Shown here in pieces: positions 1 through 9,500 of a stretch of 40,720 nt of DNA (position 1 is its first letter; each line of letters opens with the position of its first letter). Origin of the DNA: a virus (Duplodnaviria; Caudoviricetes); IMG/VR virus record IMGVR_UViG_3300044513_002776, positions 1 to 40,720 of that record. One strand, given 5' to 3'. The translations under genes and the position numbers were made by a program. The notes beneath the pieces were generated by a model. It saw only the letters and a program-made list of their open reading frames with translations, was not told the DNA's origin and made no database searches.

Positions 1-2
1 GT

Positions 3-182
3 GTATGGGCAATTGAGCAGTTAATTCGGTACGAGTCCTTTCTAGACCCTCGTATGTACGAGTGTGCAGACTATTATGCGTCTGCGTATGCTACTCAAGA
101 TACAAATTATCTATATACACTATGGGTTGAGTGGAAGATAGATAATCCCACTGACAATCCTCAGATAGTTAATCGTATGTAG
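3..182 (+). CDS. 3' part of a hypothetical phage protein (truncated by window start)
   Basis: Frame open from position 3 (VWAIEQLIRYESFLDPRMYECADYY...QIVNRM) to TAG at 180-182; the next gene starts 4 nt later. Not in the ORF track. Confidence 0.7.
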   Translation, partial: VWAIEQLIRYESFLDPRMYECADYYASAYATQDTNYLYTLWVEWKIDNPTDNPQIVNRM

Positions 183-186
183 AGTT

Positions 187-360
187 ATGTCCCAGAGATT
201 CACAACACATTTAGAGGAAGATGATTTTGGAGATTTGATTCTCACAATTCCATATGAAGCATGTGAGGAACTGGGATGGGATGTTGGCACAGAGTTAGAG
301 TATGATATTACAGAAGATGGTTCTGCATTTACATTGAGGAAAGCACAACAAAATGAATGA
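187..360 (+). CDS. 57-aa AbrB/MazE/SpoVT-like swapped-hairpin protein
   Basis: ATG187..TGA360: MSQRFTTHLEEDDFGDLILTIPYEACEELGWDVGTELEYDITEDGSAFTLRKAQQNE. LTIP-x4-EELGW-x2-G-x-EL...F-x-LRK matches the AbrB-family pattern. Overlaps the next start (ATGAATGA). Below the ORF-track cutoff. Confidence 0.7.
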   Translation: MSQRFTTHLEEDDFGDLILTIPYEACEELGWDVGTELEYDITEDGSAFTLRKAQQNE

Positions 361-628
361 AGAAGATTTTTTAACAGAAGAACAGAAACAAGAAATTCAA
401 AGATGGGAAGGTGTTTATACATCATTGAATACCATCAATGAATGTTTAGTTGCTGTTGGTAATAGACTTGAAGCAATTGAGAAATTTGTGAGTGAACTTC
501 CAACTCCAGATAAAGTATTTTACAAACCAAAAGGTTATGATGATTATTTGAATATGAAACAAAACTATGATGAGTTGTATGGTCGCATCATCAAATTAGA
601 GGAACGTATCGATGGGTTGCAAAACTAG
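353..628 (+). CDS. hypothetical protein, 91 aa, acidic and coiled-coil-like
   Basis: ORF track; overlaps both neighbours as in a coupled operon; amphipathic helical sequence. Confidence 0.75.
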   Translation: MNEEDFLTEEQKQEIQRWEGVYTSLNTINECLVAVGNRLEAIEKFVSELPTPDKVFYKPKGYDDYLNMKQNYDELYGRIIKLEERIDGLQN

Positions 629-1157
629 AAACACAGATATTTGTAACATCTTTGGTGGTAGTGTAAATTCTGCACATTGTTCTCCATATGTTCCAGGTGA
701 GGGTGTAACCTACGATTATGTGGAATACCCTGAGAATGAATCTCGTAATGGTAATTACAACATTCCTGGTAGGGATGATAATGCTGTAATGTATGGTTAT
801 TCAGAGGAATTTGTTAATACAGGAAGTGTTGGAGGGTCGGGTACAGCAGGTCAACCAACCTCAGCAAACTGTGGAAAACTTTCTCGGAGTTTGTGTTCTA
901 ATGCATTAGGTTCAGGAACAGTGTATCAGGATTATATTCCTGCATCATTATCTTTCGATTACAACTACTCTGACACCTTCTTTGCATACCTGTACGACAC
1001 GTCAGACGACGCTGGGAACGTCGGTACGCCCTGTTACTATATCATCACTAGGGAAACTAGCGCAGACAGCACTTCAACGAACCCAGAGAGCACTCCTACG
1101 ACGGATGTACAAACAGAATCCTCAAGAATGTGTTCCTTGCACAGCATTTTACTGTGA
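612..1157 (+). CDS. N-terminal part of a Cys-rich putative virion structural protein (probably continues into 982-3111 via a +1 frameshift near 1120-1126)
   Basis: Plausible G/S/T/Y/C-rich structural composition up to ...TDVQTESS; overlaps the downstream ORF in another frame. Confidence 0.6.
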   Translation: MGCKTRNTDICNIFGGSVNSAHCSPYVPGEGVTYDYVEYPENESRNGNYNIPGRDDNAVMYGYSEEFVNTGSVGGSGTAGQPTSANCGKLSRSLCSNALGSGTVYQDYIPASLSFDYNYSDTFFAYLYDTSDDAGNVGTPCYYIITRETSADSTSTNPESTPTTDVQTESSRMCSLHSILL

Positions 1158-3111
1158 TACCGCTTCCACAAATCTTAGATATACTGTTGAAGAAGATTTA
1201 ACGGGCGACCCCGACTGTCCACATCCCACGTTATTTGGATTTGGATCCACTAGCAACAAGCTTGCTTTTACTTATGATGAATTATCTACAGAGTTACCTA
1301 ATGGTGTAAATGACCTTTCTTTGTCATATGATGGGGTAACATACATTGATTCTTGGGATGGAAACCTAGAAGTTGGTATATCATACACTTCTTCTCAAAA
1401 TCCTTGGCAAACTGGTGACGAAGGACTTGATGACTTTGTTATTTACGATTTAAATTCTAGTCAATCAGTTACTGGTTTTCGTATAAAAGTGCGAATTCGA
1501 CCCATTTTTGATGATACAACTACTCCTGTTGTTTTTTCTGGCACTGAATGGATTGTTGAAGAGATTTTATCAAGCGGTACAGGGTATACTATTGGTGATG
1601 TTTTCTTATTGGAGTACGAACATACGCATCCAGACAACTCTACAACGAATTTGACAGTTAATTTGAAGATTGATGGTACTGGACCAGTGTCTGCTGTTGT
1701 ATCATCGAGCGGATTTGACATCTTAAGGACTGGAGATACCATTAATGGGCATGTAATTACACATACTTTTCACACCAATATTGATAGTTTTCCGTATCAT
1801 GTCCTTTACTTGGATGGTGATGGTGATGATTTTGTCAAAGAGACTCAATATACCTCTAATCGCAACCATGTCATTACCGCAAAAGCGGGTTTTGGCATTG
1901 TGGACCGCGCAATTTTGGTTGGACAATACCAATTTTTGAACAAATCTATCCAATATGCGATTGGTTCTATTAATAAAGACGCTCCAGACATCTATAACAC
2001 GCTAATTCAACCAAATATTGACCTACAAATCACAAATGGTAGTGTTTCTGGATTCACAATTGTCGATGGAGGCAGCGGTTGGGACCAATTGGGGAGGATT
2101 CCTGAGTTATCAGTCACTTCTCCTACAATTGAAAGCGGAAAAACTGCAAAAGTTAAAGGAACTTTCCTTGGTGGAGAGTTAATTGACTTAGCAATTCTTG
2201 ACCCAGGCAGCGGTTATGCGGAAAATGTTGGTAATACGGTGTATGTGAGTAATGTTCAACTGAATTCCAATGTTAGAGTTGCTAATGATGGGTATAGTCA
2301 AGATGCAATTGATGGATTTATTGCGGATATCAAGTCTATTCCTAAGACTGATGATGCATCTGTTACTCAAGATGAGATTAACTCATTTGAAGATACGTAC
2401 AATTCTCAAAATAAATTCACTGATATCTCAGGAACAGTGCCTACAATTGAAATGAGAAAAGACCCGAAACGTAACAGAACGGGGCAAATAGGTCAATCTC
2501 AGTATTCTAGAAAATCAGTTGACCCCATATTTGAGGTTATGGAGCGTCAAGATAACTTAGACTATTTGAATGATGCACCACTTCCAAAAAATATAAAGAA
2601 GACGATTACCGATGAGAGAGAAAGAGATGTAGAAAAACGCAAGCAAGACCTTGAAGATATTATTCAAGACCAAATTCCAGAGTTTGTTAACAATCAAGAA
2701 ACTTATATTGAGACTGTACAGGGGTCATTTGCAAATTTACCAAGGGCATCTACTTATACTAAGTACCATCTTAGGCAATATCGAGCGGATCCTGCTAAGG
2801 AAACCTCAATAAATATTACGTTATCATGTTCTCCCGTTGATGAGGGATGCCTTCATTTTGCATGTGCTCCCCCAGCAACTCCAGCTACTGCGACTGGTTC
2901 ATCTACAACAGATGATGAAGAAGTCGATCCAGAAACCGAACTTCCGTATCAGACTACGACTAATACCACCACAGTTGCTACAGTCTCTCCTTTACTTGGT
3001 CCTGGTTGTCAATCTTGGAGTGTATCGGGAAGTATGAAAATGTATCACAATTTGAGTAGAGCTGCTCAAACTGTTTCTTTAGCAACCGAAAGATACGGAA
3101 ACCCTTACTAA
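982..3111 (+). CDS. C-terminal part of a putative virion structural protein (credible coding from about 1105/1126)
   Basis: Long ORF with SGTGY/DGGSGW/DPGSGY repeats like those in gp7. The TTG start at 982 and the first ~45 codons look spurious; an in-frame ATG lies at 1105. Confidence 0.75.
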   Translation: MHTCTTRQTTLGTSVRPVTISSLGKLAQTALQRTQRALLRRMYKQNPQECVPCTAFYCDTASTNLRYTVEEDLTGDPDCPHPTLFGFGSTSNKLAFTYDELSTELPNGVNDLSLSYDGVTYIDSWDGNLEVGISYTSSQNPWQTGDEGLDDFVIYDLNSSQSVTGFRIKVRIRPIFDDTTTPVVFSGTEWIVEEILSSGTGYTIGDVFLLEYEHTHPDNSTTNLTVNLKIDGTGPVSAVVSSSGFDILRTGDTINGHVITHTFHTNIDSFPYHVLYLDGDGDDFVKETQYTSNRNHVITAKAGFGIVDRAILVGQYQFLNKSIQYAIGSINKDAPDIYNTLIQPNIDLQITNGSVSGFTIVDGGSGWDQLGRIPELSVTSPTIESGKTAKVKGTFLGGELIDLAILDPGSGYAENVGNTVYVSNVQLNSNVRVANDGYSQDAIDGFIADIKSIPKTDDASVTQDEINSFEDTYNSQNKFTDISGTVPTIEMRKDPKRNRTGQIGQSQYSRKSVDPIFEVMERQDNLDYLNDAPLPKNIKKTITDERERDVEKRKQDLEDIIQDQIPEFVNNQETYIETVQGSFANLPRASTYTKYHLRQYRADPAKETSINITLSCSPVDEGCLHFACAPPATPATATGSSTTDDEEVDPETELPYQTTTNTTTVATVSPLLGPGCQSWSVSGSMKMYHNLSRAAQTVSLATERYGNPY

Positions 3112-3112
3112 T

Positions 3113-3691
3113 ATGTTTGTTTTAGCACCTGGTCTTGGATGTGCTGCTCTCTTTCAGGGCGTAGATAGTGGACATGGCACTGGTCCTGGTGGTGTCTCTC
3201 ATCACCCTGGTCTTGGCGGAGGAAATATTCCAGTTTGTCCTCATATCTCTTTAGATACAAGAGTTGTTCCTAAACCTCTAATTGCAGTTGATAAAGTTGC
3301 AGTATGGCCACCTATATCGCAGTTGCCATTAGGTGTTGCAAAGGCTGCTGCAAATCCTCAAGGAAAGGTAGTTATTAATGGTCAAGTTCCTATTGTAGAC
3401 CAAGACATTCTTACTCCACATCCAACCCCCACTCAATTTACAACTACATCAACTGGAGATAAATGTTTAGTGACCTTGCCAACTCCAGCATATTGGTGTA
3501 CTATAGGTACTGTAGCAGGCAGAGAGGCACCAACTGGTCATGCTAGGAAAGCAATTGCGACTAGCAAAACGGTCTTTATTAATAAAGTTCGTGCTTGTAG
3601 ATTTGGTGACCCTCTGGGTGATGGAACTCCAGCATTCCCTTGCCTGTCTGTAATTACTGGTTCTAGTCCTAACGTTATTATTGGTATCTAA
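3113..3691 (+). CDS. PAAR-like baseplate spike-tip protein (T4 gp5.4 analogue), extended
   Basis: KVVINGQVPIVDQD, TVFINKVRACRFGDPL and C-terminal C-x2-VITGSSPNVIIG follow the PAAR repeat pattern; candidate His/Cys Zn ligands; lies just upstream of gp25. Confidence 0.8.
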   Translation: MFVLAPGLGCAALFQGVDSGHGTGPGGVSHHPGLGGGNIPVCPHISLDTRVVPKPLIAVDKVAVWPPISQLPLGVAKAAANPQGKVVINGQVPIVDQDILTPHPTPTQFTTTSTGDKCLVTLPTPAYWCTIGTVAGREAPTGHARKAIATSKTVFINKVRACRFGDPLGDGTPAFPCLSVITGSSPNVIIGI

Positions 3692-3693
3692 TT

Positions 3694-3840
3694 ATGGCAA
3701 AAGCAAAAGTCGGTCTTGTAAAATCAAATTACATTGAAGGCGCTCCTAAGAAGACTCGTCAAGGGCGTTCTAAAAACACTCACCTTGGAGCATCTTCTCG
3801 TAACGGTCGTAAGAAGCGTTATCGTGGTCAAGGTCGATAA
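3694..3840 (+). CDS. 48-aa highly basic protein ending KRYRGQGR
   Basis: ATG3694..TAA3840: MAKAKVGLVKSNYIEGAPKKTRQGRSKNTHLGASSRNGRKKRYRGQGR; starts 2 nt after the PAAR stop and fills the gap. Missed by the ORF track. Confidence 0.8.
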   Translation: MAKAKVGLVKSNYIEGAPKKTRQGRSKNTHLGASSRNGRKKRYRGQGR

Positions 3841-3843
3841 ATA
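3837..3843 (+). promoter_or_regulatory. T4-type late promoter motif ATAAATA
   Basis: ATAAATA overlapping the stop of 3694-3840, 55 nt upstream of the 3899 ATG; T4 late consensus is TATAAATA. Confidence 0.65.
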
Positions 3844-3849
3844 ATAATC

Positions 3850-3891
3850 AGGGATAGCAACCCCTCTAAAAGTTCTGGTCCACCAGTACTT
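3850..3891 (+). promoter_or_regulatory. two-hairpin structured 5' leader
   Basis: AGGG(3850-53)/CCCT(3862-65) stem, then AAGT-T-CTGG-[TCCA]-CCAG-T-ACTT (3870-3891), directly before GGAG(3893-96) and ATG3899. Confidence 0.4.
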
Positions 3892-3898
3892 CGGAGAT

Positions 3899-4093
3899 AT
3901 GGCAAACCATCCCGTTCCTGATAATGTACCCGAAATAATGAAAAAAGAATTTGGTACGTCTGTACTAATTACAGATCCTCGTTCCGATGCTTATTTGAAT
4001 CGTGTTAAACAAAATGTCCCACCTAAAGATAGAAATTCTAGATGGTGTGGCGGTAAAGGAGGATTTGACGATTACGTAGAAAGATGGCACTAA
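3899..4093 (+). CDS. hypothetical protein, 64 aa
   Basis: ORF track; follows the late promoter and GGAG; overlaps the gp25 start by 10 nt. Confidence 0.7.
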   Translation: MANHPVPDNVPEIMKKEFGTSVLITDPRSDAYLNRVKQNVPPKDRNSRWCGGKGGFDDYVERWH

Positions 4094-4503
4094 AAAAAGT
4101 CACTGGTAAACAATTTACGAAATCTCGTTCTTTTAAAGATTTCAGCATAGGTATGGAAAGAAATCCATTTACTGATGATGCTGCAGTGGTACAAAATGAT
4201 AGTTCTATAAAACAGGCAGTTAAAAATTTAGTTTTAACTTCTCCTGGAGAAAAACCATTTCAACCTTTAGTAGGGTCCAAGGTATCCAGACTTTTGTTTG
4301 AACCTTTGGACCCTTTTACTGCAGATACGATTAAGGAAGAAATCATAAATACCATTAACCAATATGAACCTAGAGTTCAGTTAACTGAAGTTCTAGTCAC
4401 ACCAATTTATGAAGGTAACAAACTCAATGTTTCTATAGAATACAGAATTGTCGGGTTACCTATTGTGGAAACAATCTCATTTGTTTTACAGAGACCTGAG
4501 TAA
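4084..4503 (+). CDS. gp25: baseplate wedge subunit gp25
   Basis: SIKQAVKNLVLTSPGEKPFQPLVGS...LLFEP...INQYEPRV are hallmark GPW/gp25 motifs; 139 aa; TAATG-coupled to gp6. Confidence 0.95.
   Translation: MALKKVTGKQFTKSRSFKDFSIGMERNPFTDDAAVVQNDSSIKQAVKNLVLTSPGEKPFQPLVGSKVSRLLFEPLDPFTADTIKEEIINTINQYEPRVQLTEVLVTPIYEGNKLNVSIEYRIVGLPIVETISFVLQRPE
4345..4351 (+). promoter_or_regulatory. candidate late promoter ATAAATA embedded in gp25
   Basis: cATAAATA, the same octamer as the intergenic sites at 30440 and 39685; about 150 nt upstream of gp6. Confidence 0.4.
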
Positions 4504-6530
4504 TGCAACCTACAAACCTAACTGCTCTAGATTTTGAAGATATTAAATCTTCCATTAAGTCGTATCTAAGAACTCGCACAGAGTTTACAGATTATGACTT
4601 TGAAGGTTCTTCATTGTCGTACCTTATTGATGTTTTAGCATATAACTCGTACTATAGTGCGTTTAATGCGAATATGGCATTGAATGAAGCATTTTTGCCA
4701 TCTTCAACAGTAAGAGATAATGTCGTTGCTATTGCAAAACTGTTAAATTATGTTCCTCGTTCAGTTAAAGCATCTCAAGCATGTTTGAAATTAGAGGTTC
4801 AAACTTCTAATGAAACTGGAACTTATCCAAGCACAGCAACATTAAAAAAAGGTCCAGTTGCAACTGGTGGTAATTATGTTTGGAACATTCTCAGTGATAG
4901 AACAGTTGAGGTTAATGCTACAACTGGAGTAGCAACATTTGATAATGTTTTAGTTCGAGAAGGTAGTATCGTAACATTTTCTTACGTTGTATCTACTTTT
5001 GGAAAACAAGAATATAAAATTCCTTCCCCCGATGTTGATATTTCTACATTGGTTGTTAGAGTTAAAGCTAACGAATCCTCTACATCTTCAGACCTCTATA
5101 CAAAAGTTGAAACCGTAACCAATTTATCTCCAACCAGTAGAGCATATTTTCTATCCGAGTCTGAGGATATGAGATATGAAATTAGGTTTGGTGATAATAG
5201 TGTTGGCAGAGAATTAACTGATGGCGAAGTTATTGAATTAGAATATCTTGTAACTGCTGGTTCTGAAGCAAATGGTGCAACTTCATTCTCTGCTATTGGT
5301 AGAATACTTGATAGTAATGGAAGAAGTTATTCTCCCACAACTGTACTTACAACTGTAAAAGAAAAGGGTTCTTTGGGATCTGCTGCAGAAACTATTGAAT
5401 CTATTAAGTATAATGCCCCTCGTTATTACTCTGCTCAGTACCGAGCAGTTACTGCTCAAGATTATGCAATTATCACTAAGAATCTTTACCAAAATGCAGA
5501 TTCTGTTGTGGCATATGGTGGAGATTCGTTGAATCCTCCCATTTATGGAAAAGTCTTTATTGCAATTAAAACAAAAACTGGCACAACTCTTAATGATGCC
5601 ACTAAGAAAGAGATTCAAACAAATCTTCGTGCATATGCCATGGCGTCTATTGACCCATTAATTGTTGACCCCGATAATCTTTACATCTACTTGAAAGCAT
5701 TTATTCTTTATGATAGTGGTTGCGGTTCAAATGCTACTGAAATCAAAACCGATGTACAGGCAGGAATTAAGTCTTGGGCAAATCAAACTCAAATTAATAA
5801 TTTTAACTCGGTATTTAGATCTCAGCAGTTGGAGAAGGCGATTTCTTTGTCCAACAAGTGTGTTACTGACTCCTCGTTACAGGTTAGTTTGTTAAAGTAT
5901 ATCTATCCCAACACTGGTCAAACAAATACTTATTGTGTTAGTACTGGTTCTGACCTTTATGATAGTGCTCCTAGCGGTTCTGATACTAACTGTAAGAAAG
6001 AACCCGTTCTCTTATCTGGAACGTTTAGAACAGCAGATAGACCAGGTATTGACCAACAATTTGAAGATGATGGTTATGGTAATTTGAGAACGTTCTATAA
6101 TACTGGTACTAAAAAGGTCTACACAAATAATACTGCAGGTACTGTTGATTATGGTACTGGTGAAATTTGTTTTGGTCCAGTCAACATTGTTGGTGCTGGC
6201 AGTAACCTTACTGCTTCGACAAACCTCACTATCACAGATAGTGTTACTGGAGTTGGAAGCGTAATTTCTACAGAACTTCTTCCAGTTGGACTTCAAATTC
6301 CTGTTACATTCATTCCTGCAAATAATACTACAATCCCAGCAGCAACTCCAGGAACGATTATTAACATCATTACACCTGAAGTTACTACAATCGCTGTTGG
6401 TCAGGGCAATCCTCCTCCAACAATACCTCTAAATAGTTTGACGCCAAACGTCTTTAATCAGACGCCAACACTGGTAGAAATTGACCCAATCGATACTACT
6501 GGTTCCGTTACCACTTCTAGTTGTTTTTAA
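4503..6530 (+). CDS. gp6: baseplate wedge subunit gp6
   Basis: LDFEDIK..K.YL...EFTDYDFEGS.LS.LIDVLAYN.YY, ETIESIKYNAP, QYRAVTAQDY and GTVDYGTG are T4 gp6-family motifs; 675 aa. Confidence 0.95.
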   Translation: MQPTNLTALDFEDIKSSIKSYLRTRTEFTDYDFEGSSLSYLIDVLAYNSYYSAFNANMALNEAFLPSSTVRDNVVAIAKLLNYVPRSVKASQACLKLEVQTSNETGTYPSTATLKKGPVATGGNYVWNILSDRTVEVNATTGVATFDNVLVREGSIVTFSYVVSTFGKQEYKIPSPDVDISTLVVRVKANESSTSSDLYTKVETVTNLSPTSRAYFLSESEDMRYEIRFGDNSVGRELTDGEVIELEYLVTAGSEANGATSFSAIGRILDSNGRSYSPTTVLTTVKEKGSLGSAAETIESIKYNAPRYYSAQYRAVTAQDYAIITKNLYQNADSVVAYGGDSLNPPIYGKVFIAIKTKTGTTLNDATKKEIQTNLRAYAMASIDPLIVDPDNLYIYLKAFILYDSGCGSNATEIKTDVQAGIKSWANQTQINNFNSVFRSQQLEKAISLSNKCVTDSSLQVSLLKYIYPNTGQTNTYCVSTGSDLYDSAPSGSDTNCKKEPVLLSGTFRTADRPGIDQQFEDDGYGNLRTFYNTGTKKVYTNNTAGTVDYGTGEICFGPVNIVGAGSNLTASTNLTITDSVTGVGSVISTELLPVGLQIPVTFIPANNTTIPAATPGTIINIITPEVTTIAVGQGNPPPTIPLNSLTPNVFNQTPTLVEIDPIDTTGSVTTSSCF

Positions 6531-6534
6531 TTAG

Positions 6535-9500
6535 ATGAATATCAATAAAGTTTCCCAGTCTATCAACGCACAGACTCCAGATTTTATCGAGTCAAACTAT
6601 CCATTATTCAATAAATTTCTTGAGTACTACTATAGGTCTCAAGAAAAAACGGGATTGGGTCAAAATATTCTAAACAATTTTTTAGAATATCTTGATATTG
6701 ACAAATTAGACATCAACATTCTTGATGGAGCATCAACTTTAGTAGAACCATTGACCATTGATGGTGATACGATTGTTGTAGAAAGTGTAGACACCTTTCT
6801 TGCCAACAACGGAACTATTTTAATTGGTGACGAGGTAATTTATTATGAAAATATTACCCCAGCACCAAACATTGCTCTTAGTCCTGGTATTTCCTATGAG
6901 CAAGTAAAATTAAAGTGGACTAGTCTTGCTAACCCAATCAACTCTTTTGATGGTAGCACTACTACTTTCTCTTTACTGTCGCAAGACACTCCGATTGCCC
7001 CTCCATCAGCGCAGCATCTTATTGTAAGTGTATATGGTGAAGTCTTAATTCCTGGAATTGACTACACTATTAGTGGTACTAATATTGTTTTTACGACAGC
7101 ACCGAGGACAAAACTTCCTGCAGATGATGAAGTTGGGACTTTCATCACATTTTTGAGTGGTTTTATTGATAATGAAATTGTTGGTATTGACAACCTTTCT
7201 AATTCTTTTGGTGATGGAAAAACTGAATTTAAGATGACTCGAAATGGGATTTCTTATGAACCCATTGTAGACGAGTTTATTATTGCTGTTTATGATAACA
7301 CACTGTTAGTTCCAAAAATTGATTTCTATATTGATAAGGATTTATTCATTTTCAAAACTGCTCCTACTAATGGAAGATTCCTTTCTTTATATTCTATAGA
7401 AGCACCAATTCCAAATTTTGGTTCTTCTGCCTCTGCATTTGCTCGTGTTGATGAAGATGGGGAAATCAGTAGCATTGTTGTAAGTGAATTTGGTGAGCAA
7501 TATCGTTATGAGTATCCACCAAAGGTAACAATTCAATCTCTTAGCGGTCAAGGTGCCTCTGCAACTGCCCTTGTTAACGGTATTGAATCGGTAACTCTCT
7601 TAAATGGTGGACAAGGTTATAGCGCCACTAACCCCCCAACAGTTGTAATTGAACCTCCCACTGATTCAGGTTCGATTCCAGCGCAAATCAGTGCCACCGT
7701 TACTAACGGTAGTATCACTTCTCTTACAATTGTAAGTTCTGGTAGTGGATACACATTTATACCCAGAATTAGTTTTAGACAACCAGGTGGTGCAAAAATA
7801 AATCCTCCAACAATTGTTGGGGGGTCAATTAGTGGAAATGTTACTGTATCTGATACTGGATTTGGATACACAACAGCACCAGAGATTTATATTGATGAAC
7901 CAACTGGTAATAATCCTATCAAAGCATCTCTAAGAGCTGTCCTAACAAATGGAGAAGTAACTTCTGTTCAAGTTTTAAATGCTGGTCAGGGATATCTAAC
8001 AACTCCTAGAATCGCTGTAATTGACCCAGTAGGTGCTAGTGTACTAGAGACAACTGTAGACTCTAATGGAAGACTTGTTGGGATTGAGTTACTCAATGGA
8101 GGTAACGGGTACACAGACGTTCCATCTGTCTACATTGTAGATAACAGACCTAATGGTGGTACTGGAGCAACTGCATCTGCCTCTATCTTTAACGGTAGAA
8201 TTACTGATATCAATATCACTAATTTTGGTAGCGGATATAGTGTTAGTCAACCGCCAACTGTTGTAATTCAGTCTCCTCCACAGGGTAAAGCATCTGCAAC
8301 TGTTGGATTGAACAAAGTTACAGGATTCACAGTCAATGCAACAGGTTCTGGTTATAGCAAGGCTAAGTTTGAGGGTTGTGCAAGAGCTGCTAGTGGTATT
8401 GTTAATTACCTTGAAGATGGTAATGCTGTATTCTCTAATAATACTACAGCATCTACTGCTGCCATAGGAACTTCGGTAAAATGTTTGGATGCTCTTTTTG
8501 TTAAGAGACTTCTTGATAAGTACACTGAGCAGTTTTTACCAGATGTACCTTCCTTAGATTACAAATCTATTGATGTCCGTACAGCAATTAAAACTATTAA
8601 AGATTTTTATTCTGCTAAAGGAACTTCATTTAGTATTAGTTACTTGTTTAAACTTCTTTATGGTGAACAAGTAAGCGTTTCTTATCCAAAAGACCAAATT
8701 ATCAAACCATCTGCAGCAACTTGGTCTGTAGATACTATTCTGCGTGCCACCTTAGTTAGTGGAAACCCTGCAAATATTAAAGATGCTCTGATTGTACAAG
8801 AAGAAGACATTGCAGACGTTAATGTTAAATTTGCAAGTGCTTTGGTTGAAAACTTTATTTCGATTAAAACTTCGGATGTAGAAATTTACGAACTTGTAAT
8901 CTCTGAAGAAACAATTGAAGGAAAATTTACTGTCCCATATAAGACAAAACTTGCAGAACCATTAGCAACTGATACTAGCATTATTACTGTTGACTCTACA
9001 ATCGGTTGGCCAGAAAGAAATGGAGAATTTGTTATTGGTGGTGGTGAAGTAGTACAATATAAAGAGAAGTCTCTTAACCAGTTTATTGAGTGTACTCGTT
9101 CAGTAAATGGTGTTGTTGAAGATTGGGATTCTGCTACAGAGGTAACATCAAACTTCCAAGTTTATTTGAACAAGGGAACGGCTCAAGAAGTCGTTATGAA
9201 TATTGTTGGTATTGTTGATGCTCAACAGACAACCCTAACAGATACAGGTTCTTATTATCTGCCAGGTGACAAATTAACGGTTTCTAAACTTGGCGGTACT
9301 AGTGAACTTCCTGAGTTGACAACTTGGTTGTATAATGTTAAAAAATTAATTAGCGTTAGTGATGTTCAATTTGGTGGTATTAACAATAGATTTGCGACTG
9401 TAACTTGCGAAAATCCTCACGGTCTTCTTGTTGGTGACCAAGTTACCGTTTACGGTGCAAATCCAATCATCTATAATGGATCTTTCTTAGTAACTTCTAG

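Noticed and set aside
120-425. 101-aa minus-strand ORF
   Set aside because: Antisense to three tightly packed + strand genes with better protein-like sequence.
187-628. Classical type II toxin-antitoxin pair
   Set aside because: The downstream 91-aa protein has no recognisable toxin-family motif.
982-1104. ORF-track start at 982 for the 709-aa protein
   Set aside because: TTG start deep inside the 612 ORF, with an atypical R/Q/L-rich translation; probably just an open shadow frame.
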